A DNA stretch of 64,000 nt from Owenia fusiformis (Eukaryota). The position numbers were made by a program, and so were the translations under genes. A model generated the notes under the pieces. It was given only the letters and a program-made list of their open reading frames with translations. It made no database searches and was not told the DNA's origin. Where the stretch lies: assembly GCA_903813345.2 (NCBI GenBank), contig CAIIXF020000001.1, positions 16,306,001 through 16,370,000 on the forward strand, read 5' to 3'. Shown here one piece after another: positions 40,250 through 52,800 of the stretch (positions within the stretch are counted from its first letter, which is position 1; every line of letters starts with the position of its first letter).

Positions 40250-43200
40250 ATGTTTTGACAGATTGCGCTTACAGCGATACTCATCACATTTTTCTGTCTT
40301 CAACAGAAATACATACTAGTGTGAGGCTAATAGAAGGCCATGATTTCTCATGATGCGCTTACAGCGTATGACCTAATTATCACTCATCGCCGCTTTTATC
40401 AATTGATTATTGGATATTTTCATAATTCTTGCGTAGATTTATTTCCTCATGATAATTGAATTTTTCAGGGTTTTGAAATATCTAAATTGCACTGATAATT
40501 CATTTAGACTCTAGTTAGCGCTTTTTTGGAATATTAGCCGAAATGTAATCCGACTATGGATATCTCCTTTGTCAACTTCTTCAATCGCCAAAGCATCTCA
40601 TAATTCAATCAATAACCCGGTTATTGCTGACTTTTTTTTTTATTTCAGTATATACTTATTTATTTCGTCAAATTACAGCCTTTATATTTGTGTCATTCAT
40701 AATAATTGATTTATAGTCGCGCAATTTTGTTCTATCATAAAACATTAAGTATACCGGTTCCCTGATAATTCCATGAAATCATCTAATATAAATTCGGAAA
40801 TGATCAAATAATAGATAAAAGCTTTAATGTCTAGAAAACTAATAATTAGGAACACGAGGGAATGAATCAGATCCCCTCGCATGGCCATTGACCTTGACAA
40901 TTTTCATTCCTTAATTATATCCACTCATTCAAATTTTTTTCAACACTTATATTTTATATTAACCAATATCACCTAATATTTTAAACAACAAATTATTAAT
41001 GTAACATTTCTCAAATATGTTAACTACACTTCTTCATTGTTCTCTTGGAACAATTACGATAGTATATTTTTTATACCGTATTGGTGTTTATTCTTTTCAG
41101 TATTTTGCTTATTTTTTCCATCTCCTATATTCATCCTCCCTTCACAGAAGTAATGTTTTGACACATGTTTCTAGAGTCAGTCTTCCACCAAACAGGACGT
41201 CTCCTTCATGATGTAAACATGACCCTAAGAAATCATTCTTTCCGGACAATAACAACTTAATTAATGCAATTTTTACAACTCTATTCTATATAATACTTGT
41301 AAGTTGATCGTACACTTACTCTCCTGTCATTAAAGCAGGTTTCTGATTTAATTATCTACATAATTGGGGAATTATTGATTGTTTCCGATTCCCATAATGG
41401 AATTCAAACTTGCTTTATTCTAGCAAATAATGGGGTTCTACTTTTACCCTCCTTAAAACAATTAGTACTTCATAACTCTTCTCTACTTCATAATCATCAT
41501 CTCTCTCATATACATATTTACTCTTATTATACTCGACATCTTCATTACTTATGTTCTCCATTGACTCTTCATTGGTCAATGCTTAATTGCTTTCTATAGC
41601 ATTTCTCATTATCTTATTCTACCATTAAGAATCATTTTGATGTGAGACTAAATCAGGAATGAATCTTTCCTTTTAATGTACTTCACTATCAGATTCAAAA
41701 TATAGCTAATGGGGTTCTATTTGACTCCCATTTTAAATAGCTTTTAAAACTCTCTTAATTTCATTATATCTCTTAATTACATAATACTCATTTTATCATC
41801 ATCATCTTCATATATCATCTTTATTTCTTATGTGTATACACTATATCTTCTTTTATTTATCTATTCCATCGACTTCTCTATGGTCGAGGATCAATTAACT
41901 TCATATGCCCTTCTCCTAACTCTTATACCCTCTAGTTTTAAATCATTTTATTGTGAATTATAATCAGGAGCATTATACCTGTTATTACAATCAGGAGCTT
42001 TTATACCTGTTATCTTCATTTTCACAGACAGATTCGAAACATCCATATGGTTTATCTTCTGCATCAATCATCACAGTGACTGTGTCAAGATCATAACCTT
42101 CGGGTAATATTTTATTTGGCATTCTCCTATTTCTAACTTATCTCATATTTCTAACTTATTCTAACTCATAACAACATATCTCACATTGCTTACGCAAACG
42201 TAGGTGTAGACCATTCATTGACCATCTGATACCTTTTTGATAAAGGTATAATCAGCTTCATTTAATGACTTGCATATTTTGCAAGGGTCAGCCCACTGTT
42301 CCTACTTCTTGACTTTTATACCTACGATGGGTATTTTAGTCATAAATCTTATTAACTTCTCACCTACTCTCTTTCAGTGCGGTGTAACCTTAAGTTATTC
42401 ACCTTTATGAATGGAATCATTTCTCTAGATTCCTCTCAAATTTTCTTATATGTGATCTTACTTTAATTATGTATCATTTCTTGGTAGAAACTTGTCTACT
42501 TGATACTTTATTACGGATTACCGTTTCAAATCTATATTTTTTAACTACGTTAGGTAGTTATTAACTTTTAACAACTGATATTAATTTACTATACCAGTAT
42601 CAGCAACAGGTTTTGTTTTTATTTTGGTTTTCGACGGGTCACAATAACCTAACTTGCCTGAAGCAAAGAGCTCATAAAATATTAAGGCATGTGTTTACCA
42701 TGCATATGATTCTCTTGGATCCTGCGTTCAGGAGTTAACTTAGGAACTTGTGACACGTATGTACCTGTACCTTAACATTATCATATTTTTTTGCAGAGGT
42801 ATGCATACTGCATTTACCTTCTCACGAAAGTTTATTTATACCCCTTTTAAACTGACAAATATGCTTGCGCAAGTATTTTCAATACAATCATTTAGCATAC
42901 TTCAGCACAAAACTACAAAAGGGACTAAATCATTTGTAATCTTTCTTATAGACCTACTCCTGGTCATAAATTGACTGGATCGAGAATATATTGCTTAACA
43001 TTTCCCTTCGAGAGATTTTCGTGAAGTCTATTTTGACTAGCATAAACAGTTAGTCTTGATTTATGTAGGTTTCTTGATTCAATATGAGAATACAATTATA
43101 AAATGGCTTCAATTAAAATTTTTATGTTAAAGTTATTCATGATTTCATGTAATATTTATTCAAAAAATCGACAATTTGCATTTTGTCCTATTTAATCCTT

Positions 43201-44205
43201 ATATGACAAATAACATCATCGGAATACTTACCTGTCTGATTGTTATTTGTGTGAACGTTTTTCTTTTAAATTTAACCTTTCATTTCCGGTTCTTAATGTT
43301 CTAATTTAAAATTCAGGATAGACCTAAATATCATAATTCAATAGGCATACGGCTTTTAAAAACTCTGTGTCAATTAAAGACTTTTTGAGCGCCTGTGTCA
43401 ACAAGACACTTTGCCACATTACCAAATAATTTTGCTTTTCAAAGCATTTTCTAAATATAAATCTTTCCTGAATCTCAAAGTCTACTATAAATTTCTCGCG
43501 AGGATTGTCGTCAACATTCTTTCTCGAACGAAACTTAAGTCTTCGCATCTCTAGACTCGGCTTTTGGCGTTTAAAGAGTCAACTTGACGCGTTTTATCGA
43601 AATTTTGAGTAACTAACTCACTTTTGTTATTTTCCAACTCTAAATGTATTTGATTTATACACTCAGCTAACCAAAATGCTGACTCGGCAAAAACGAGATC
43701 ACTTGATTGCTTGGAAATAACAATTTTTTTTTAATTCTGGGAGAACGTTTTTGTTTAAAATTTTGCGTTTGTTCCAACCCAGCTGCAAATGCGATGCTAA
43801 ACGTTTGATATCTTTCACGATCTTAACTGTCTTAATTGATTTCTGAATCCTAGAAGGTGATCGAGCTTGTATATTACACATTTTCCTACTTAAATATATT
43901 TGAATTGTTCTAATTTGTTCATTGTTCCGCCACTGTAAGTCGCAATTAACATTGTTAAACAATTTTACAGGGCTTTGATTTAAAGCATTTCCATCAAATG
44001 TTTTTATTCTAAATTTATTCTGTACCTCATTTCTATTTTGGATCAAAATCTCTAGCCTATTCATTTTTCTCTTGAAGTTCTGCATAATGACCTTGTCTAA
44101 CTATTAATGAATCTATAAATAGCCTTGTAAATCTGGGTTCTGACCTGGTTCTAAAATTTTTAATTCGACTTGAATAACTACCGTTATGATCTACTCTACT
44201 CATTA
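40250..44205 (-). pseudogene. Heavily decayed gag/pol relics of the outer element
   Basis: 43699-44085 reads IKTFDG...IQIYLS...DIKRLASHL (capsid-like); DTG codons near 42595 (protease-like); faint RT-like words (RDYKS ~40715, LKNS ~40460, RNHGL...EKC ~40290-40350) among many stops. Confidence 0.4.
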
Positions 44206-44450
44206 TCATTTATCATAATTCTTAACGAAATTCTGAACCTCGTTTTCCTCAAACCACTGTACAGCTATTAATTATCTGTCTTAAACCTAACTTCTCGCTT
44301 GGCATTTTAGGGAAAAATTTATGTTAGTTGATGTATGATGAAAACATGCTTTTTTCATGCATTTATTAATACTTACATAACCGTTCTTTCTTTTATCTAC
44401 GGCAGCTTCAACTTGAATTGTTACCTTTATTACCCGGCAGCTCCACCAAT

Positions 44451-45148
44451 TGTTACAGATCGCTACCCGCACAACGACACCACTTGTTACGGATCGCTAC
44501 ATGCACAGCGACACCAATTGTTACGGATCGCGATCGTAACTGTTGCTTCGGGATCTTGTGGTCATTCGGTACTCGCGAGGCTCCTTTCTTCTAATCTAAC
44601 ACGACTCCTTTAGATTCGTTTCCTAATTTTATTGTAACTTCTTGATTATCGATCTCCATTATTGATTCGGTCAGCAGAACTTCAGTAGGCTTGTTATTGT
44701 TCCTCCTTTCAATAGTTGTTGAGCATCGTTGTGTGAGTAAAACTTACTGAATCAACAGATCTTGCCGACTTCTTTATATACCAGGTAAAATACATTATTT
44801 TACCTGTCAAAATTGTGCAAATATAAGTAAGAATATTGCTGATTTCATGCTTAGGTAAGCAAGATTCAAATCATAATTCTGAGTTGTGATTGGTTGTTGG
44901 AAGTTTCAACTTGTCAGAATTCTTCTGATATATCTTTATTTTGGCTGAATATAGTAGCGTAGGGATTCCCCTGCACTAAAGCAAACTGAGGTCTAAATAG
45001 TCATTAATCATAAGAAAGCAGCAAGATCTTTACAATGTTTGAATATGCTGAATATAAATGGTATTTTATATTGGATAATAAATAATAAATAAATAATGAA
45101 GTAATTATATATAATTAAATATAATTACGTACTGACCGAATCATAACA
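44451..45148 (-). repeat. 5' LTR of the outer element
   Basis: Adjoins the PBS through a 2-nt spacer; TATA-like TATATAAAG on the minus strand at ~44772-44780. Confidence 0.95.
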
Positions 45149-46049
45149 GATATATCATTCATTGATATTTGGTCATGGTTGAGCGAGTAATCATTCCATT
45201 TGCAAAGTGGGCCAAAATTAGCTTTGGGCCAAGTTCACTGGCATGTAGCGATTATAGCGATACTGGATACTTTACTGAATTGTGTCGAAGTTAGACGTGT
45301 GGTGCGGAAGTTAATATGCAGATGACCATTATTTCAATGTTATATTGTTTGTAGGCAAATTGAGATTAGGCCATTGTAGTATTTGTTTCACGCATACATA
45401 AAGCATAACGCATTCAAGGGTCACATTTATCATTAAACCAATAACTCAAACATATGACCTTGTACACCGACCACCTCTTGAAATCAATGCAGGCCAATTT
45501 CAACGAATGCAAACGGTGGTCTATAAAAGAAACATAATCAAGCATGACCACGTCCCAACTTCTTTTGTTTTCTTTACAACTAAGCTATGACTGCAGTCTA
45601 TTCAGTGTTGCGTATCGAACCTTGTTTATTATAAAAATAGTGCAACAACAAGCAGAATTCACACATTTACCTTATACTTATTCTCAACTGAAGACATTGA
45701 ATTTATCTCTTAGGTTTTACATTATAAATATCTTAACATGCAGAATACGAAAATAGAGGCTTAGGCCCAACTTTGTATTGATTTTATGAAAATAATCTGA
45801 TTTTAGAGAAATGAAAAGAAAAATGTCCACACCCTACACAAAATATTTATGGTTCCCCGGGAATACGTATGTGTTGCTTTATATTAGAATCGTATTCCAG
45901 TTACAGAAAGAAGTACATATCATGCTAAACTATATACATATATTTATCGTCTATTATCCTTTGACAAGAAAAGTAGAGAATAAAAATGAAAAATTTAAAA
46001 AATTTAAAAAAGGAAATAACATTAATTTTTTAGAAAACTACTTGGTATA

Positions 46050-48160
46050 TGATAAAGCAGATATGTGCGGTCGGTTTGGATATGGGGTTTATCCCTCGTG
46101 AGATATGCACGTCTACCTTCGGTCCCTATGGTCCATCAGGTAGATATAGAGATTATCCTATATGAGGTTCAGGATATTGGGATTACCCCGAGGCAAATAT
46201 AATATATCTGTCCGAGGGCCGCAGGTCCCGAGGGAAAATATATTTTATTCCATAATACTACTGTTTTTCCAGGGAAATATGAAGGAATTAAAATCGTATT
46301 GAATCGTATTACATGAAAAAATCGTATTGTCCCCTGGAAAAAAATCGTATTGGAGCGTATTTCATGAAAAAATCGTATTGTCCCCGTGAAAAATCGTATT
46401 GGAGCGTATTGACCTATTTTTTAGTTTCCCGGTTATTTTATTTATTTATTTTATTTTTCAAACAATGTGCATTTATTAATATAACGTTTGCATTATCCAA
46501 ATGTAACATTCTAGAGGGATGTATTATGGAATAAATAGGTTATTTCTGGTCAGGATTGAATATGGGTTTTATTCCTCGGAAAATATGATATTGACCTTGG
46601 GCAATATGATATTGACACTCGGTCGCTGCGCTCTCGGTCAATATTATATTACCCTTCAGTCAATATCATATTGTCCCTCGGAATAAAACCCATATTCAAT
46701 CCCTCCCAGTAAATAACCTATATGTATTCCATACCTGATGAGGTTTCAGGGGCATATCAACCGGGAATATATTCCATATCCGGCAAATATTTTTCGTATG
46801 TCCCGCTCCGACGGAGCTCCGGGACATATAAATCGTATGTCCCGCTCAAAAAAAATGTTAAAAATAAATTCGGGAAAAAAAATTGAAAAAAATTTGAAAA
46901 AAAAGTTTTGAAAATATTCTGAAAAAAAATTATGCCAAAAAAGGTGAAAAAATTGTGAAAATAATGTGGGAAAAAAAATTTGAAAAAAAAATTTGGAATT
47001 TTTTGGGGATTTACAATACATCTTCCCTTGGTCCTTTCGGTCCCTCGGGAAGATGTATTGTATATCCCTCGGATATTCCCTGTATTCAAAACATCCCAGT
47101 GCATAACCTTTATGTATTTCATACTTTAGTGGGTTTGGGGTAGATATCACCCGGGAATATATATTATATCTGAGGAGCGGGCAGGATATAATGTATATGT
47201 CCCGCTCTAGGCCAAATGCGGGCAGATATAATATATCCATCCCACTCCCGGGAATTTTTTCAAAAGTTTAAAAACTTGAAAAATTTAAATTTCAGAAGTT
47301 TAAAATTTTTCAAAAAGTTTAAATGTTACAATTTTATTGTATTGAACCGAAGGAATATTATGAAAATGTTAAATATAAATTGTGCTTTTACAGTATAGGC
47401 CTATCTTGTCATTTGAAAAAGGTGATAAAGGTTATATCTACCCCAAGCCCACTCAAGTATGAGATACACCAGTTATGTACGGTCGATTTTGGATACAGTG
47501 TTTATCCCGCGGGAAATATGTGTATCTCCCTTGGTCCCTGCGGTCCCTCATGAGATACACATATTTCCCTTGGGATAAACCCTGTATCCAAAACCTCCCA
47601 GTACATAACCCTTATTTATTCCATAGTTAGCATAATATTCATAGGATAACATGTGAAAATAAAAACGGTATTTTTGTAATCAGTGGTAAAATATGATATT
47701 TTTGACAAATTTTCACTTAACCATAGCATACGGTTTTTTAGTCACGACATACAATCAAAACGAGGCTAAGTGTCAACATCGCCGGATCGTTTGGAAAATT
47801 CGATTTAAATCACTTAATTTCCGACGATTCTGACGATGGCTTTAACTATGGAATAAAAAGAACATCCCATGATTTACTCGTGATATGATTTTAATCCATT
47901 CATGGATATTGATATCTGCACTCTCTCGCTACGCTCGCTCGTGCAGATATCATATGCATTCGTGGATAAAAATCATATCTCTCATAAATCATAGGATATC
48001 CTCTATATCCCATGGTTGATATAGATCGAATATCACATGATGATATATTTGATATGTGGACCAAGATATCATATTTTAGCAAACGATTTACAAACCATCG
48101 AATATCACTTTTAAACTATCGAATATCACGTCTTAAAAAGTGATATTCGATGGTTTCGAA
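46050..48160. repeat. Cluster of short foldback hairpin repeats
   Basis: Hairpins at ~46526-46733, ~47020-47070, ~47471-47610 and ~47866-48000, with loops such as CTCGGTCGCTGCGCTCTCGG, GGTCCCTGCGGTCCCTC and CTCGCTACGCTCG. Confidence 0.75.
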
Positions 48161-48839
48161 TTTTTTCAAAAAATGAATTTTGAATATTTGATGACGTAAA
48201 TCAAGATAATTTCTATTCGTATCTTGTCTATTCCACAGGTTTGGGAAAGTGTACAGGAAATCGAATGTATTCTCGTGTGCATTACAATATCCACATTGAA
48301 ACATTTTTGGCCTGCAATGGACGTATAATGGATTAGAATATGAGGCCGTGTTATCATTCAAATGTAAAGTCATGGTATTGGGTTGCAAGTTAATATCAGA
48401 TTCAATGCAAATTAATCATCTAATATCAGATGCGCGATCAGTCGAATAATGTAATTTCAGGTCATCAGTTCGATTTCTAGCAGTTGTTCTAACGACACGG
48501 TATTACTAGACTATCATGTTATAAATACACACACATATAAATAAATCAAACTGGTACACGATATAAGCACGACTGCTCTTTCAATTGAGTATAAATGTTG
48601 ATAAACTTACCCGGAAGCCAACACATACACGTTTAGACGGTGCTATTTTCAGTTCAGTGTAAGAGTAAATGCCCGGATATCGAAGCTTTTTCGTGTAAAG
48701 TTTTAACCAAGCATGTAGTCTCGGGTTATATTGCGTGTAGAAATTATCGATATCAGGGCCGCTACATGCCAGTGAAGTTATAAACATTACAAAATTCAGT
48801 GTTCGGAGCCCGATGCAATATTGGAGAAAACATAAAACC

Positions 48840-49520
48840 AATGGCTATGCTGACTGCATCCTTTTCATTCAATGTACCAAAAAGCCAAATTACTCCTCTT
48901 TGCTATGGAATATCATTCATTCACAGGGAGTCATCTCTGGCCGAATAATCATTAATTTTCCAAAGTGGGGCAAAATTCGGCTGGGACCCAAGTCTTAAAC
49001 ATTGCAAAAGTCAGTACAATGGGAATAGGGGCTATTGGGAGAAGGTTTGACAGGTGTGGCATAGACAATAAAGTGTTCATACTCATACTCTTGCAAGAAT
49101 ACATCCTATACCCCTCCAAATTGCCACCAATTCCATGCATATAAAGATGCACTCATCTGTCCACGTCGTGCATGGTTCAGCCCTGAGTCATCTGTGGGCT
49201 AAAGCAGAGAAAAGCAGCACATGGGCAATTCTTTCTCGAAGCTTTGCAATATCTGGTGGAGGAATTGTGAGCACAGATGCTCCTGAGATAGCTCCAAAAG
49301 AAAAAGTCACAACAATTCAAGTCAGGGGAACTTCCATGTGCACTTTGCCCCCGTTCTGATTTTTTCAATATCTAAAACTTGGTACAGAGCCGATTTTGAC
49401 CCACAGTGCAAATGGAAGGATTTCTCACCCAACCATTACCACATGTGAATGAATGACATATCATTGCAAAGAGGAGAGACGTGGCTTTATAGGACATTGA
49501 ATGAAATTGATGTAGTCATC
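48840..49520 (-). mobile_element. Internally deleted Tc1/mariner element with transposase C-terminal relic
   Basis: Minus-strand SPDLNCCDFFFWSYLRS (ORF 49177-49368) matches the SPDLxPxDFFLWGYLK motif; degenerate inverted arms at ~48850-48985 and ~49385-49515. Confidence 0.75.
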
Positions 49521-49763
49521 ACTAGCCCAAGAAAAAGGCCCCAAAAAGTGGGCCTTTTTGGTCATTACTAGGCCCACTTTTCGGTTTTAGGGGCCCAACA
49601 TTTTTCCTCTGACCGGAAATTTGCCCTCCCCCTCTTGTTGGTTCCTGGATCCGCCACTGCCACTAGTTCACCATTCAAATTGACTCCTGATACGTTACAG
49701 CTTTTCAAGTTACTGAGTACATACGATTTACTCAAAATTGGCCTGGACGGAAAGTAAAAAATC

Positions 49764-49777
49764 TCGCGCATGCGCGA
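49764..49777. promoter_or_regulatory. NRF1-like palindrome upstream of the STELLO-like gene
   Basis: TCGCGCATGCGCGA, 75 bp before the ATG. Confidence 0.45.
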
Positions 49778-49852
49778 TCAAGGAAGGGTAGCGTGATACT
49801 ATGTATATCCAGTAGTTAATCAATCAAGATTGATCAGTCTAGGCGTAATAAA

Positions 49853-52800
49853 ATGAGAGGACCAAAAAAGCAAAGAATTATACGCCTAACTATTGTTAGC
49901 ATCATTCTAACTTTTTTGGGGGGTTCTTATCAGATAGTTAAACAGGATTTTAGGGAAGAAGTTGATGTCAAGGAAGCATACGATGTCAAGAAAGAGGTTG
50001 GTGTCGAGGAAAGATTGAATTTCAACGAGTTCGATGTTAAAAAGGAATCTAATGTCAAGACAGTACCTCAGAGAAAAGTTCCTGAAGTAAAAGAAAACCC
50101 TTCTGTAGGCACCTTCAAAAATGATTTTAGGGAAGAAGTTGATACCAAGAAAGCGTACGATAAGAAAGAGGTCCAGGTCGAGGAAATGTTGAATTCCAAC
50201 AAAGAGCCCAATGTTAAAAGGGAGTCTGACGCGGGAACTCAAATAAAAGTTGCTGAAGTAAAAGAAAAACCTTCTGTAGACACCATTAAAAATACAGATA
50301 AATGGATAATAGTTACAAGTATAGCATCCCCTACAGAGGATATAAAAAGTTTGGCAACATTGTCAGAATGGCAACTACTAGTTGTTGCTGACACAAAGAC
50401 TCCAAAAGACTGGCAGTAAGTACTATCTATATAGCTAGTAATTTAGATGATGATTGATTTAAAATTAAGTTTTTCAATGTATGTAGAATACAAAATCTTC
50501 ACTTCTATATTCTTTAATAACATACATTGCAATATAAAATGGATATCATGTAAAATATTCAATAAGCTTCAACTATAAATTTGTTTCAGTTTGAATGGGG
50601 TTATATTTCTTAGTATAGCTGTGCAGCAATCTCTTGGCTACAAGGTCCTAGAACATATACCATATTCAAACTATGCCCGCAAGACTATAGGACATCTATA
50701 TGCAATTCAGGTGAGTAGAAGTACATACAGTAGAACCTGTGTAAGTGGAACGCCCTTGTGACCACAAAAAAGTGTTTCATTTTCAAGGTGTTCTACTTAC
50801 ATAGGTTCATTAACATGGAGTCAATATATGGGCTAGAGGACTTTTAAAAACCTGTTCCACTTGTGAGGTATTCCACTTACAAATGTGTTCCACTTAGCAG
50901 TTTCTACTACCTTCTATATTTGATCAGATATCCAAATACTTTTTCTGAAAATATATTGAGACTGTGTGATAGAAACATCGGGATACGTTTTGCACACTTC
51001 CCATCCCTTCTAAGTCATTGTAGAGTTGTTGCTATATTTCGTTTTTCGTCATAGAAGACATTTGCATCTTAAAACTCTTACCTTCCTTATGTTAATGGAA
51101 TACTATTTACTCATAAAAATCAAGAACATGCACGTTTTACGTCTCCAAAATAAATAAGTCGTTATTTTGGGAAGGGGGGTAGGGGGGTAATCTCCCAAAA
51201 GTACCATGAACCAATCTTTATCTATATAACGGCCAGGCCAGGGTATCACTTACACTATTACATCTCTAATACTTCGGGTCTATAGACACTACCCTGCGCG
51301 CAGAGACAAAAGACGAAGCCATCTTTTAAGGAGCAAAGTCGAACGAAATGGTAATAGACACCAAAATGTTAAGCGACAACACAATACAATCATTTCTGGA
51401 CACTTATTATATGGCATGGGATCGATTAGTATTGTGTCGTATCTATAAGCATTTTGCTGGTTGCCAAAGGGAAGCACACATCACTCAAACCAATTATCGA
51501 AATTATCAATACAGAAACTAATTAAATCAATTGTTAAAATCAATTTCCGTTACGCCGCTACACGTTGCTCTGGGCGTCTAGATAGCGGCTTGATATTATC
51601 AAAAAATAATTATTGATTCGACTTTGATTTGATTATTGATTATTGAGTTTTGACTTCTTGTTAAGAGAGGGAGAAGTGGCCTTACGTTTTCTGAAAATAC
51701 AAAACATAACTTGGATAAGCACGTAGTTTGCAAATATTAGGCACACAGTTTGGGAAATCCATATGAATGTTGGCACTCAGTTTGATAGAAAAATCACGTC
51801 ATGGCGTATACTAGTTTCGAGTCCTGCCTGCCTTTCGTTTTGAAATAGGTGCGCAGTTTGTTAGCAGTTTCAAAACATCATTGGGAGTGTCAGCTTTCAG
51901 AATCACATTAACTCCATTTATAAGTATTTTTGGTGAATGCAAAATATATATTAACCCGTTCATCCCCAAGGGGTCATTTATTAATTTCATGAAATCAATT
52001 TCAAAATGATTAATATCCCTTCGGCCAGAAAAGATTATTTCAAGGTTTACAATAACCAATTCAGTGTCAAATTATACTTTGGGGAATATTTAAGGGTTTG
52101 AACACAGATAGCCTGAAATAGTGGTCATTAAGTGACGTGCAGTGACTGCATTATGCCACAAAATGCGTAAACATTTCTGTTTTCGGTAGAAATGATATTC
52201 GAAATTAGTGTGTACACATATGCGTTTACTTATTTTTTCCTGAGAATATTAAGAAAGCAGCAAGTGCGTTTTGACTTAACATGAAAGTATGCACGCTTAA
52301 CGTAACATCATCATATCCCTTTTGACCTCATTATCTTTTTAAAAATGCCCATACGTTTTCACATAAACCACCCTCCTACCCTTATACATGGGCTTTAGTT
52401 GAAAACACATGTCTCATATAAACAAAGGAGGGGAGCAAAGTAACATATTTGATCATAGAAAGTGACACAAATATGTCAATTATGCAATAAAAGTACATCT
52501 CCCCTGTTTTGTATGAAAAATCAACAAGGCGACAGTTTCCCCTGTCGCCTAAGAGTGTCGATTATTTTTATGAGAATATGTTTCCCTAAGTTATATAATT
52601 AAGGTCGGTTGAAGATTTAATATATATTCACGTTTTTGCTAAAATAATAAATAACCATTATGTTAGGTCTTTTAGTATTTTTTTGAACTGATACGCTTCT
52701 AAGATATGAGATCTATTAAATGGGAATGGGGATCTTAAACCGAACTTCTGAGACGGACCTGTTTGAATCCCATCTGATATTTTATAAAATGGCCAGCTAA

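Larger units (their letters stand above)
17679..45148 (-). mobile_element. Outer LTR retrotransposon (gypsy-like, non-autonomous) with 698-bp LTRs, hosting nested insertions
   Basis: LTRs 17679-18376 and 44451-45148 (TGTTAC...ATAACA), no mismatch seen; 4-bp TSD GATA; PPT AAGAAGGGGAGAT (-) at ~18377-18390; PBS TGGTGGAGCTGCCGGGTA (-) at 44431-44448, resembling tRNA-Ala. Confidence 0.95.

Noticed and set aside
38426-40250. Possible env or extra ORF in the 3' interior of the outer LTR element
   Set aside because: No ORF or motif could be recognised on either strand.
44431-44448. Similarity of the PBS to the bacterial tmRNA 3' end
   Set aside because: tmRNA mimics tRNA-Ala; eukaryotic tRNA-Ala explains it in this context.
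46746-47240. 164-aa Phe-rich ORF
   Set aside because: Low-complexity A/T tract inside the hairpin repeat cluster.
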